IMG/VR virus record: IMGVR_UViG_3300025103_000114
Coordinates: 1-28,879 of that record
Reading direction: 5' to 3' (one strand)
Source: a virus
Lineage: Duplodnaviria > Caudoviricetes
DNA length: 28,879 bases
Below are positions 1-7,483 of the stretch, in pieces (the stretch's first letter is position 1; each line of letters begins with the position of its first letter). The notes below the pieces were generated by a model that saw nothing but the letters and a program-made list of their open reading frames with translations, did not search any database and was not told the origin of the DNA. The translations under genes were made by a program, and so were the position numbers.

Positions 1-1
1 A

Positions 2-58
2 AAAGCTAAAACAAGATTTGAGAAATGGAGTGAAGACAATGGAATATTCGATAACTGA
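2..58 (+). CDS. 3' end of a gene truncated by the window edge
   Basis: Open frame KAKTRFEKWSEDNGIFDN* ending at TGA 56-58, overlapping the next start. Confidence 0.45.
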   Translation, partial: KAKTRFEKWSEDNGIFDN

Positions 59-176
59 TTGGGTATTACTCGAAGCAACTGTACTTTCTTTATTACTTGT
101 TGCACTCTTTTTCGCGTTAGGACATTACATTGAGTGGAATACCCGTAAACAAATTAGAAAAGATAAAGGAGAATAA
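39..176 (+). CDS. 45-aa single-pass membrane microprotein (not in ORF track)
   Basis: GGAG at 27-30, ATG 39, MEYSITDWVLLEATVLSLLLVALFFALGHYIEWNTRKQIRKDKGE*; hydrophobic helix then basic tail; stop 2 nt before next ATG. Confidence 0.7.
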   Translation: MEYSITDWVLLEATVLSLLLVALFFALGHYIEWNTRKQIRKDKGE

Positions 177-178
177 CA

Positions 179-466
179 ATGCCTAGAACTAATTTTGGAA
201 AGACCCGAACCCATGATAAACCATATGCTATTTACTCAGATGGTAGAGGGTGGGAATGGAGAGTACTCAAAACCTACAAACATTCTTCTGCTGAGAAAAA
301 TGATGGCTTTGCTAGATGGTTTGTATCTGCTACATCACCCATGATGCACGGTGGATCGTATGAGTATGGAGATACCTATTGTCGAGATATAAAGGACAAT
401 GGATTAGTAAAGTTAGTATTAGCTGATGACACATGGTTAGAGGAGTATGGTGATCAAAATGTTTGA
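179..466 (+). CDS. Hypothetical phage protein, 95 aa, aromatic-rich
   Basis: GGAG RBS at 168-171, tight gene packing. Confidence 0.85.
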   Translation: MPRTNFGKTRTHDKPYAIYSDGRGWEWRVLKTYKHSSAEKNDGFARWFVSATSPMMHGGSYEYGDTYCRDIKDNGLVKLVLADDTWLEEYGDQNV

Positions 467-539
467 ACTGGTAGCTACGGTGATAATGATAACAGTGTTT
501 ATTGTTATCGCCATAATGAGTGTAATAATATTTAGATGA
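459..539 (+). CDS. 26-aa hydrophobic microprotein (not in ORF track)
   Basis: ATG 459 overlaps upstream gene end; MFELVATVIMITVFIVIAIMSVIIFR*; fills the gap to the next RBS. Confidence 0.55.
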   Translation: MFELVATVIMITVFIVIAIMSVIIFR

Positions 540-551
540 GGAATTTGTAAT

Positions 552-812
552 ATGAGAACGATTGTTCATGTTAATCAGGGCAACATTCGGCAGAACATCA
601 AGCGTGATCCGAATGATCGACTGCCAGTGCTGAGAGCGCAGGGAGACTTTGATACTTTGTATGGGGATCATATTGATATTATTGATCCCGATACTAATGA
701 GGTTATAGCATCAGTAGTGTATCGCCCTGATGATCCTCTCTCTTGTGGAGCGAGAGTCTGGATCGAGACTGACAACGATGTAGTAGTAGGAGAAAATAAA
801 TGCAGCCACTAA
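552..812 (+). CDS. Conserved phage hypothetical protein
   Basis: GAGG RBS; HVNQ..IR.N and PLSCGARVWIET signature recalled from many phage hypotheticals. Confidence 0.85.
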   Translation: MRTIVHVNQGNIRQNIKRDPNDRLPVLRAQGDFDTLYGDHIDIIDPDTNEVIASVVYRPDDPLSCGARVWIETDNDVVVGENKCSH

Positions 813-1525
813 ATTACAATGAGTCCAAAGAGATTGTTGGATCATTCTCTAACACCAGTAAAATGCCAGGATCTTCTACAGGTTTGAGTGCATTATTGTG
901 TGGAGTTGGTAGCAAACTCAGGAAGATTGTAGGCTCTGTATGCTACGACTGTTATGCACTCAAGGGTATGTATAGGATGCCAAACGTGAAGAATGCTCAT
1001 GCTAAACGAGAGGCAGGTATCTCTCATCCTAGATGGGTTGAAGCGTTTGTAGTTATGCTCAATCATCACGCCAGTTTTGCAGTACCATACTTTAGATGGC
1101 ATGACTCTGGTGATATCAGGAGTGTCGAGCATTTCGCTAAGATCTGTGAGATATGCGTTATGAGTCCACATATTAGGCACTGGATACCTACCAGAGAGAA
1201 CAAGATCATCAGTGAGTATGTACGTCTAGGTGGATTGATCCCAGATAACTTATGTGTGAGATTGTCTGCTCCTATGGTTGATCAAGGTCCAGTTAAGACT
1301 GTGGACTACAATACTTCTACAGTGCATAATCCTCTTACAAAGTGGGTAGGTAAAGAGTGTCAGGCTTATCGTACTAGTAAGGATGGTAAGATCATGGCAA
1401 GAGAAGTATACTTAGAATTGACAGATGAAGAGAGGAAGGCGTATAAGAAGACTTCAGGATATTGCGGTTCATGCCGTGATTGTTGGAGCAAGGATGTTCC
1501 TAATGTTAGCTACCTCATACACTAG
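800..1525 (+). CDS. GP88-like Cys-rich protein (putative Fe-S / radical-SAM-like fold)
   Basis: AGGAG RBS; SKMPG, C34-x13-C48-x2-C51-YA, FRWHDSGD, N..VRLS, C-terminal CxxCxxCW and terminal His. Confidence 0.75.
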   Translation: MQPLNYNESKEIVGSFSNTSKMPGSSTGLSALLCGVGSKLRKIVGSVCYDCYALKGMYRMPNVKNAHAKREAGISHPRWVEAFVVMLNHHASFAVPYFRWHDSGDIRSVEHFAKICEICVMSPHIRHWIPTRENKIISEYVRLGGLIPDNLCVRLSAPMVDQGPVKTVDYNTSTVHNPLTKWVGKECQAYRTSKDGKIMAREVYLELTDEERKAYKKTSGYCGSCRDCWSKDVPNVSYLIH

Positions 1526-1537
1526 AAAGGAAATACA

Positions 1538-2488
1538 ATGAGTGTTGCGAGTTTATTAATGGCAGGTTTTCCTTGTCAGGATTTATCCATTGGCGGGAAA
1601 GGTGCGGGACTTTCAGGTGCAAGGTCAGGGCTTTTTTATGATGCTTTGCGTGTACATGAGATGCTTAACCCTGATTACTTTCTCTATGAGAATGTCGCTT
1701 CTATGAAGAGACAAGATAGAGACATCATCTCTAAAGAGATTGGAGTTGAGCCTATCGAGATCAACAGCAACCTAGTCAGCGCACAAAACAGGCGTAGGCT
1801 TTACTGGACTAACATACCGTATGCTGGATTACCAGAAGATCGTGGAGTGTTGCTCAAGCATATACTAGAGACTAACGTAGACCCAAAGTATCTAGCAGGA
1901 CAAAAGCTTCTGGATAATTATGCTGGAGGTAATCAGTTGAATCCTGACTACAAATCTCAGGCAAATACAATACACGATCATAATAAGAAAAGTCCTTGCA
2001 TAGCTGCTGGCACTCATGGGTATGCGATTGGTTATGTAGATGCTGAACACTTTAAGTATGGTGATATGGAAGAGGTGATGGTCAATTCTAAGAAGTGGCG
2101 TAAGCTATCTCCTCTTGAGTGTGAGAGATTGCAGACACTGCCAGACAACTATACCAATCATGTATCCAATACTCAGAGGTACAAGATGATTGGCAATGGA
2201 TATACAGTAGATGTTATAGGTCATATACTAAAAGGTCTTCCCGAAGATATCGATACAGTCTATAGTTTATTTGATGGTTGCTCGATGGGTCAAATGGCAT
2301 TGATCCGAATAGGGAAACTTACTGCTGACTACAGGTACTTTAGCAGTGAGGTAGACAAGTATGCCATAGCTGTAACCCAAGCTAACTTCCCTGAAACTAT
2401 ACAGCTTGGGAATATTCAAAACGTAACTTTATGTGACATAACTAAAAAAGGAAGATGGGATGAGGATTTCAGTGAGAACAGCGTCTAA
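1538..2488 (+). CDS. DNA (cytosine-5)-methyltransferase, circularly permuted
   Basis: AAAGGA RBS; motif IV GFPCQ (aa10-14), VI ENV (51-53), VIII QNRRR (83-87), IX RKLSPLECERLQ, X YKMIGNG, followed by motif I SLFDG (243-247), II SEVD (270-273), III GNI (291-293). Confidence 0.92.
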   Translation: MSVASLLMAGFPCQDLSIGGKGAGLSGARSGLFYDALRVHEMLNPDYFLYENVASMKRQDRDIISKEIGVEPIEINSNLVSAQNRRRLYWTNIPYAGLPEDRGVLLKHILETNVDPKYLAGQKLLDNYAGGNQLNPDYKSQANTIHDHNKKSPCIAAGTHGYAIGYVDAEHFKYGDMEEVMVNSKKWRKLSPLECERLQTLPDNYTNHVSNTQRYKMIGNGYTVDVIGHILKGLPEDIDTVYSLFDGCSMGQMALIRIGKLTADYRYFSSEVDKYAIAVTQANFPETIQLGNIQNVTLCDITKKGRWDEDFSENSV

Positions 2489-2657
2489 GTTTCTTAATAC
2501 TAATGAGGATCACATTCGTTTACTAGCGAGTGAGGGAGACATTAGTAAGGTAGTAGATGGTAAGATAGATTTACAAAGTATTGTAGACTATCAATGGGGT
2601 AAGATATTTGATAGAAGGATTATGCACGATGCTATACGGGATTATCATGGCTTCTAG
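2460..2657 (+). CDS. Small helix-turn-helix protein (excisionase/MerR-like)
   Basis: ISVRTASKFLNTNEDHIRLLASEG fits the winged-HTH pattern; GGAAG upstream; overlaps MTase end. Confidence 0.55.
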   Translation: MRISVRTASKFLNTNEDHIRLLASEGDISKVVDGKIDLQSIVDYQWGKIFDRRIMHDAIRDYHGF

Positions 2658-2856
2658 GAAATTATCTGATACTATATTTGAGTTAGTTTGGAAAGCTGCC
2701 CATAATAATCCTGGATATGGTATGAAGGAATTGAATTTAATCCAGAGTATGCACCCGACTCTTGATATGAATACTTTAAAAAAAGTGATGGGTCATGCGA
2801 AACGCACTCCTAAAAATGTGGAGTGGAATATTATTAAGGCAAGGTCAACTAACTAA
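2647..2856 (+). CDS. Hypothetical protein, 69 aa
   Basis: Start reassigned to ATG 2647 (GGGA at 2638-2641), in frame with the track ORF 2608..2856. Confidence 0.7.
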   Translation: MASRKLSDTIFELVWKAAHNNPGYGMKELNLIQSMHPTLDMNTLKKVMGHAKRTPKNVEWNIIKARSTN

Positions 2857-2870
2857 AAAGGACAACTAAC

Positions 2871-3065
2871 ATGGCTATAATGTGTGAAGTTTGTGGGAAA
2901 TCAAACCCTAATAGAGCAGTAATGATTGAAGAAGTTTTTACGACAGAAAACAGAACAGAAGGTATGCTGGATATTTGGGTAGGCATAGACTGTCGATGCT
3001 ACATTAACTTTTCAATTGATCAACTCTTAACTATAGCAGAAGGAAAGGAGGAAGAAGATGATTGA
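2871..3065 (+). CDS. Hypothetical protein with possible Zn site
   Basis: AAGGA RBS; CEVC and CRC cysteine pairs. Confidence 0.75.
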   Translation: MAIMCEVCGKSNPNRAVMIEEVFTTENRTEGMLDIWVGIDCRCYINFSIDQLLTIAEGKEEEDD

Positions 3066-3144
3066 GACAATAATGATAATAGTTGGAGGAATTTTAATAG
3101 TCGGTGTATTCGTTTATGTACACTGGGATGCGAGGAAGAAATGA
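3058..3144 (+). CDS. 28-aa membrane microprotein (not in ORF track)
   Basis: AGGAGG upstream; MIETIMIIVGGILIVGVFVYVHWDARKK*. Confidence 0.65.
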   Translation: MIETIMIIVGGILIVGVFVYVHWDARKK

Positions 3145-3200
3145 CCTTGATGTATATAGCAATCTATGTTACAATAACATTATTAGTAATATTAAAATGA
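3141..3200 (+). CDS. 19-aa hydrophobic microprotein (not in ORF track)
   Basis: ATGA overlap with previous stop, GAGG upstream; MTLMYIAIYVTITLLVILK*. Confidence 0.45.
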   Translation: MTLMYIAIYVTITLLVILK

Positions 3201-3214
3201 TGAGGAGTTAGCAA

Positions 3215-3415
3215 ATGTCTAACACAACTACAGTAATACAAAGAACAAACCGTTTCACTGGTAATAAAGAAGTGGTTGAGATTGATAACAAAGCTGCCTC
3301 AGTTGGCGGTGATGTAGGTGGTAGGGTATACAAGCAATACCTTACGAGATTAATAATGAATAAGTATAGAGTGCTTGGTATTCGTAACCTCTCTGATGGA
3401 AGGTTTGTAGCATGA
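3215..3415 (+). CDS. Hypothetical protein, 66 aa
   Basis: GAGGAG RBS; ATGA coupling to next gene. Confidence 0.8.
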   Translation: MSNTTTVIQRTNRFTGNKEVVEIDNKAASVGGDVGGRVYKQYLTRLIMNKYRVLGIRNLSDGRFVA

Positions 3416-3831
3416 AAATTACACAGATAAATAGAGAAGTTTGTAAGCAACTTAGAGTTGATATGAACGAAGCGATTAAAGCCAAGCTAGAAGAATATGG
3501 TTTGGAAGGAGAGTTTTTAAACGGTTCTTTCGATGATGAGTTGGTAACATTCAAAGTCGATATCAAGATTGCAGGTGCAATGGATAAACATGATAAACAA
3601 CTCTCAGGTAGTTTAAGTTGGTATGCTAAACATATGGCGAATACTTTTGAATTAGATGAGGAGTTGATACTCAATGAAGAATATCTACATGGTAGAGAAA
3701 AGTATAAGCTAGTTGGGTACAACTCTAAGGCTAAAAGATATCCATTGATTATGGAGAATATAGAAAGTAAAAAGAGATATAAGTTTGATGAGTCTATAGT
3801 TAGAAACAATCTATTAAGGAGAGTAGCATGA
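3412..3831 (+). CDS. Hypothetical protein, 139 aa
   Basis: ATGA overlaps at both ends; LVGYN.KAKRYP motif in the C-terminal half. Confidence 0.85.
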   Translation: MKITQINREVCKQLRVDMNEAIKAKLEEYGLEGEFLNGSFDDELVTFKVDIKIAGAMDKHDKQLSGSLSWYAKHMANTFELDEELILNEEYLHGREKYKLVGYNSKAKRYPLIMENIESKKRYKFDESIVRNNLLRRVA

Positions 3832-4019
3832 GTGTCGAAGAATTATTTACATACGGAGATGACGAGAAGATAGCTTATCTTGAGAAAGAAAATATCTCTC
3901 TCATGCAAGATAACCGTATATTAAATAGTATTATCCAGAAGCAGGATGAAACAATAGATTTGCTAACAGAGAGGGTAAACAAGGCTAATCGAGAGAAACT
4001 TAGGAGAATGGTAGTGTGA
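3828..4019 (+). CDS. Small coiled-coil protein
   Basis: AAGGAG RBS, ATGA overlap, heptad pattern LEKENISLMQDNRILNSII. Confidence 0.75.
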   Translation: MSVEELFTYGDDEKIAYLEKENISLMQDNRILNSIIQKQDETIDLLTERVNKANREKLRRMVV

Positions 4020-4165
4020 TAACTTATGTATACCTAGCTATACTTTGCAATATTGCACTGTTAGCATGGGTAATTTATTTATCTTATAAAATTCACATAC
4101 TCTCAATAAGGCTAAGAGAAGTTTTAGAAAACTACATAGACAAGGAGCAAAATAATGTCAGTTGA
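4016..4165 (+). CDS. 49-aa membrane microprotein (not in ORF track)
   Basis: AGGAG at 4002-4006, GTGA overlap; (M)ITYVYLAILCNIALLAWVIYLSYKIHILSIRLREVLENYIDKEQNNVS*. Confidence 0.65.
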   Translation: MITYVYLAILCNIALLAWVIYLSYKIHILSIRLREVLENYIDKEQNNVS

Positions 4166-4361
4166 TAGTGTAACCACAAGTTTATTTCATTACCCTGTTA
4201 TTGATATGGATGGTAACGTAATAGGATATGAGCAGAAGCGAGTAGGCTTTCATAAACAACAGTTAGATGCAGAGCATACTAGGCTAAAGGATCGGGCAGA
4301 CTACTTGCAGCCTAGCAGGTATCGCGTAGACCCAAGTAAAATAATAGATGTAGAGGTATAG
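4155..4361 (+). CDS. Hypothetical protein, 68 aa
   Basis: AAGGAG RBS. Confidence 0.75.
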   Translation: MSVDSVTTSLFHYPVIDMDGNVIGYEQKRVGFHKQQLDAEHTRLKDRADYLQPSRYRVDPSKIIDVEV

Positions 4362-4362
4362 T

Positions 4363-4548
4363 ATGAATAACTGGGATGCCTCGAAACAACTCCTATTTAG
4401 TTGGGTAAGCTCTTGTCCGAAAGGATGGGTTCCTCACTGGTATGAGAGCGAAGCAGGTAACGTAACACTGCATATAATTAGGGAAGAAAAGATAAAGGAA
4501 GCTCCCGAAGATGTGCAGGAACTATTAAGAAAAGCGAGAGGTAGATAA
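4363..4548 (+). CDS. Hypothetical protein, 61 aa
   Basis: GAGGT RBS; 1 nt after previous stop. Confidence 0.75.
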   Translation: MNNWDASKQLLFSWVSSCPKGWVPHWYESEAGNVTLHIIREEKIKEAPEDVQELLRKARGR

Positions 4549-4712
4549 TGTCTGAAAAAACGTATACTTTTAAGCGCATAGAAATCTATGTGGAAGAAGT
4601 AGTAGCAGTAAATGAAAGAGAGGCTTGGGATGTGATTGAAGCATTAGATGACGGAGAGTGGATATCACTTCCAGTTTCTTCAGATATTACTTTAGAGAAG
4701 GAGAATAAATAA
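4548..4712 (+). CDS. 54-aa acidic hypothetical protein (not in ORF track)
   Basis: TAATG overlap, GAGGT RBS; MSEKTYTFKRIEIYVEEVVAVNEREAWDVIEAL... Confidence 0.7.
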   Translation: MSEKTYTFKRIEIYVEEVVAVNEREAWDVIEALDDGEWISLPVSSDITLEKENK

Positions 4713-4713
4713 A

Positions 4714-5109
4714 ATGAAAAGAGTATTGACAAGAGCAGATTTTGATAAGCTACAACAGAGAAGAGAGAGAAGAAAGAAAGCAATGTATACTGACTTTAAA
4801 CACTACCAGAAGTGGACCAAGACTACTGCAATTTATAAGCAGGAGATTATTTATCCAGCCTTAGAGTTAGCAGGTGAAGCTGGAGAAGTATGTAACCAGG
4901 TCAAGAAAATATGGCGAGATGATGATGGAGTTGTATCACCACATAGACGAATAGACTTAGAGAAAGAACTAGGGGATTGTCTCTGGGCTTTAGCTAGACT
5001 AGTCGATGATCTTGGTTTAGACTTTAACAAGGTTGCAGAGAATAACGTAGCCAAGCTGGAAGATCGCAAGGCTAGGAATGTTATCGGTGGTTCAGGGGAT
5101 AAGAGATGA
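4714..5109 (+). CDS. mazG: MazG-like nucleoside triphosphate pyrophosphohydrolase
   Basis: LAGEAGEV..KK..RD and EKELGDCLW acidic motifs; C-terminal KL.DRK.R..I.GSGD.R typical of phage MazG. Confidence 0.92.
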   Translation: MKRVLTRADFDKLQQRRERRKKAMYTDFKHYQKWTKTTAIYKQEIIYPALELAGEAGEVCNQVKKIWRDDDGVVSPHRRIDLEKELGDCLWALARLVDDLGLDFNKVAENNVAKLEDRKARNVIGGSGDKR

Positions 5110-5204
5110 TAAAATGGGTATTGTCTTTTTTGTTTTTAGTTTTAATCTTTGCAGTATTAAATATGTATGAGTATTTAATGGAACAAAAAGATGACAAAAC
5201 ATAA
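5106..5204 (+). CDS. 32-aa membrane microprotein (not in ORF track)
   Basis: ATGA overlap with mazG stop; MIKWVLSFLFLVLIFAVLNMYEYLMEQKDDKT*. Confidence 0.55.
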   Translation: MIKWVLSFLFLVLIFAVLNMYEYLMEQKDDKT

Positions 5205-5340
5205 AAGATATATCTCAGATATCATAGACGAATGGGTGGAGACTTTTGATGAGTATGAAGAAGCAGAAACAATCTTATCGGAAGTCCAACCCTATCGCAA
5301 AAGATTTGAGGACACCAAAATATCAGACGAGAATGATTAG
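5191..5340 (+). CDS. 49-aa acidic hypothetical protein (not in ORF track)
   Basis: MTKHKRYISDIIDEWVETFDEYEEAETILSEV...; fills the gap before primase. Confidence 0.55.
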   Translation: MTKHKRYISDIIDEWVETFDEYEEAETILSEVQPYRKRFEDTKISDEND

Positions 5341-5363
5341 GAATAAAAAGAAAGAGGTGAAGC

Positions 5364-6107
5364 ATGATCCAGGATTTGATAGACGATCTTGGTTTGATGG
5401 ATGGAGAAACCAGAAGGATTAACTGTCCTCATTGCGCTGGACTAAAGACTTTTACCATCTCTATACTTGAAGGTGTAGCCGTATGGAATTGTTATAAAGC
5501 TAGTTGTCCTAGTAAAGGTGCAACCAAACAAACTTTATCTAGAGATGCTATATTTAATCGTGTTGTACCACTCGTAAAAATAAATAGATCAAATGTATAT
5601 AAAATACCAGATAGTTTCTCTTCATTCTTTCCTGAGAAGATGGTGAGATATATGGATAAGAATAATGTAACTAAGGCATGGCGAGATAATCATGTAGAAT
5701 TGTTTCACGATGTTTTACAGGATCGCGCAGTCTTTGCTATTAAGAAGGATGGTATTATAGTAGATGCTATCGGTAGGGCTTTGAAGTATGGTACGAAGTG
5801 GCATAGGTACGAAACAACTACCGAACCATTCATATCAGGTACAGGAGATGATCTATACCTAGTTGAAGATGCTGCATCAGCCTGTGCTATATCGTCATAC
5901 GGTACTGCAATGGCACTACTTGGTACTAACCTAACAGACAGAGCTTTAGAGATAGCTAAAGAGTATCCTAGATGTATTGTCTGCCTAGACAAAGATGCTA
6001 GTAAGAAAGCTTTATTATTGACAGTTAGATTAAAACAGTTTACTAAAACCACTATGAGATTATTAGAATTTGACCCTAAAGAATATCCAGAGGGAGTGCT
6101 TGCATGA
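5364..6107 (+). CDS. DNA primase (Zn ribbon + TOPRIM)
   Basis: GAGGTG RBS; CPHC...CYKASC; TOPRIM LVED, ALLGT, CLDKD. Confidence 0.9.
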   Translation: MIQDLIDDLGLMDGETRRINCPHCAGLKTFTISILEGVAVWNCYKASCPSKGATKQTLSRDAIFNRVVPLVKINRSNVYKIPDSFSSFFPEKMVRYMDKNNVTKAWRDNHVELFHDVLQDRAVFAIKKDGIIVDAIGRALKYGTKWHRYETTTEPFISGTGDDLYLVEDAASACAISSYGTAMALLGTNLTDRALEIAKEYPRCIVCLDKDASKKALLLTVRLKQFTKTTMRLLEFDPKEYPEGVLA

Positions 6108-7360
6108 ATAATATTGTGCCTATTGGAGTTAAACCAATGTCTGAAGGTAATGTATCTAACATATTGTTAGGATTGTTTTTAAATTATGAGTTCTGGAAAG
6201 ACCATCACTATATGGTTAGCGAGAACTACTTTGAAAAAGAAAGTAAAAAGATATTTCAAATCATTGGAATGTCGCACGAGAAGTATGAGAGGGATTTAGA
6301 TAGAGAAGAAGTGGAAGCACTACTTCTTGCTAACAATCCACTACTCACTGGTTCTCAACGAGCATCTATACTAGAAATAACTAGACGTATGGAGTCTAGG
6401 GTGCAGCCTGATGTAGCTAAAGACGTACTACGATCTGCGTTTAGAGAACATATAGGACAGACTGTAGCTAACATTGGTATTTCTATGATGGATGGTAGTG
6501 AAAAGGATTTGTCTAAGGTCCAAGAGTTAGTGGAGAGATATCAGGATGGCTTTCAACCTGATGAAATACTTGTCGAGTTATCTAATGAATATGATGATAT
6601 CTTCTCGGATGATGAAGACCTACCTTGGAAGTGGAACCTTTCTCAACTCAATGTACTGTGTCCAGGTATAGGACCAGGAACTTTAACCACTGTGTTTGCA
6701 TTAGTTGAAACTGGTAAGTCTGCATTTGTTGTTAGTACTGCATTCGGGCCTGATAGTTTTGTCGATCAGGGTGCAAAGGTAATGATGATATGCAACGAAG
6801 AACCAGCAAAGAGAACTCAGCAACGTGCAGTCATGTCATACTCAGGTTTAGATGCCAATAAAGCTAGGCAGAACAAGGAGTATGGTAAGAAAATGTGGAA
6901 TAAAATTAAAGACTATACAATAATAAAAGATGCTAATGACTATCCGACGATGGATGCAGTCGAGGCACTGGTGAGGAAGCAGAAGCCTGACATACTCGTA
7001 ATAGATCAGCTAGATAAGATGATGGTTAGCGGAACATTTACCAGAGATGATCTTAGGTTAAGTGAAATATACCGTAAGTCTAGGTACATAGCCAAGAAGC
7101 ATAACCTAGCTTTGATCGCAGTATCACAAGCAGACGCTTCAGCAGATGGGAGAACAGCATTAAGGTTTACTCAGATGGCTAACAGTAAGATAGGTAAGGC
7201 TGCTGAAGCTGATGTTATTATAGGTATAGGTAAGGAGCAAACAGATACAGGTGAAGATAACTTCTTAAGATACTTACACATTTCTAAAAACAAACTAGGA
7301 GGAAGACATGGGAGAGCTACAGTTCGTATCGAGCCTGAGATAAGTAGATACGTAGATTAA
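6104..7360 (+). CDS. Replicative DnaB-like (SF4) helicase
   Basis: Walker A ALVETGKS, NEE, Walker B ILVIDQL, VSQA, EAD.II, KNK; ATGA-coupled to primase. Confidence 0.92.
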   Translation: MNNIVPIGVKPMSEGNVSNILLGLFLNYEFWKDHHYMVSENYFEKESKKIFQIIGMSHEKYERDLDREEVEALLLANNPLLTGSQRASILEITRRMESRVQPDVAKDVLRSAFREHIGQTVANIGISMMDGSEKDLSKVQELVERYQDGFQPDEILVELSNEYDDIFSDDEDLPWKWNLSQLNVLCPGIGPGTLTTVFALVETGKSAFVVSTAFGPDSFVDQGAKVMMICNEEPAKRTQQRAVMSYSGLDANKARQNKEYGKKMWNKIKDYTIIKDANDYPTMDAVEALVRKQKPDILVIDQLDKMMVSGTFTRDDLRLSEIYRKSRYIAKKHNLALIAVSQADASADGRTALRFTQMANSKIGKAAEADVIIGIGKEQTDTGEDNFLRYLHISKNKLGGRHGRATVRIEPEISRYVD

Positions 7361-7368
7361 TTTTTTTC

Positions 7369-7397
7369 TTGACAGACTAAAAAAAGTATGTTATATG
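7369..7397 (+). promoter_or_regulatory. Sigma70-type promoter
   Basis: TTGACA (7369-7374), 17-nt spacer, TG-extended TATATG (7392-7397). Confidence 0.65.
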
Positions 7398-7422
7398 GTT
7401 GGTTTCAACTTTGGGAATACTC

Positions 7423-7483
7423 TAGTATACTATATAATATATATAATATTAATATAATATAATAATATATAAGGATATATAAT
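7423..7483. repeat. AT-only tract with repeated TATAAT; candidate origin/unwinding element
   Basis: Palindrome TAGTATACTA 7423-7432; 42 consecutive A/T at 7431-7472; TATAAT at 7433, 7442, 7453, 7458, 7478. Confidence 0.6.

Noticed and set aside
1400-1560. MTase as a frameshifted or split gene whose motifs I-III lie upstream
   Set aside because: The upstream sequence is the intact GP88-like gene, and motifs I-III are present in frame at the MTase C-terminus
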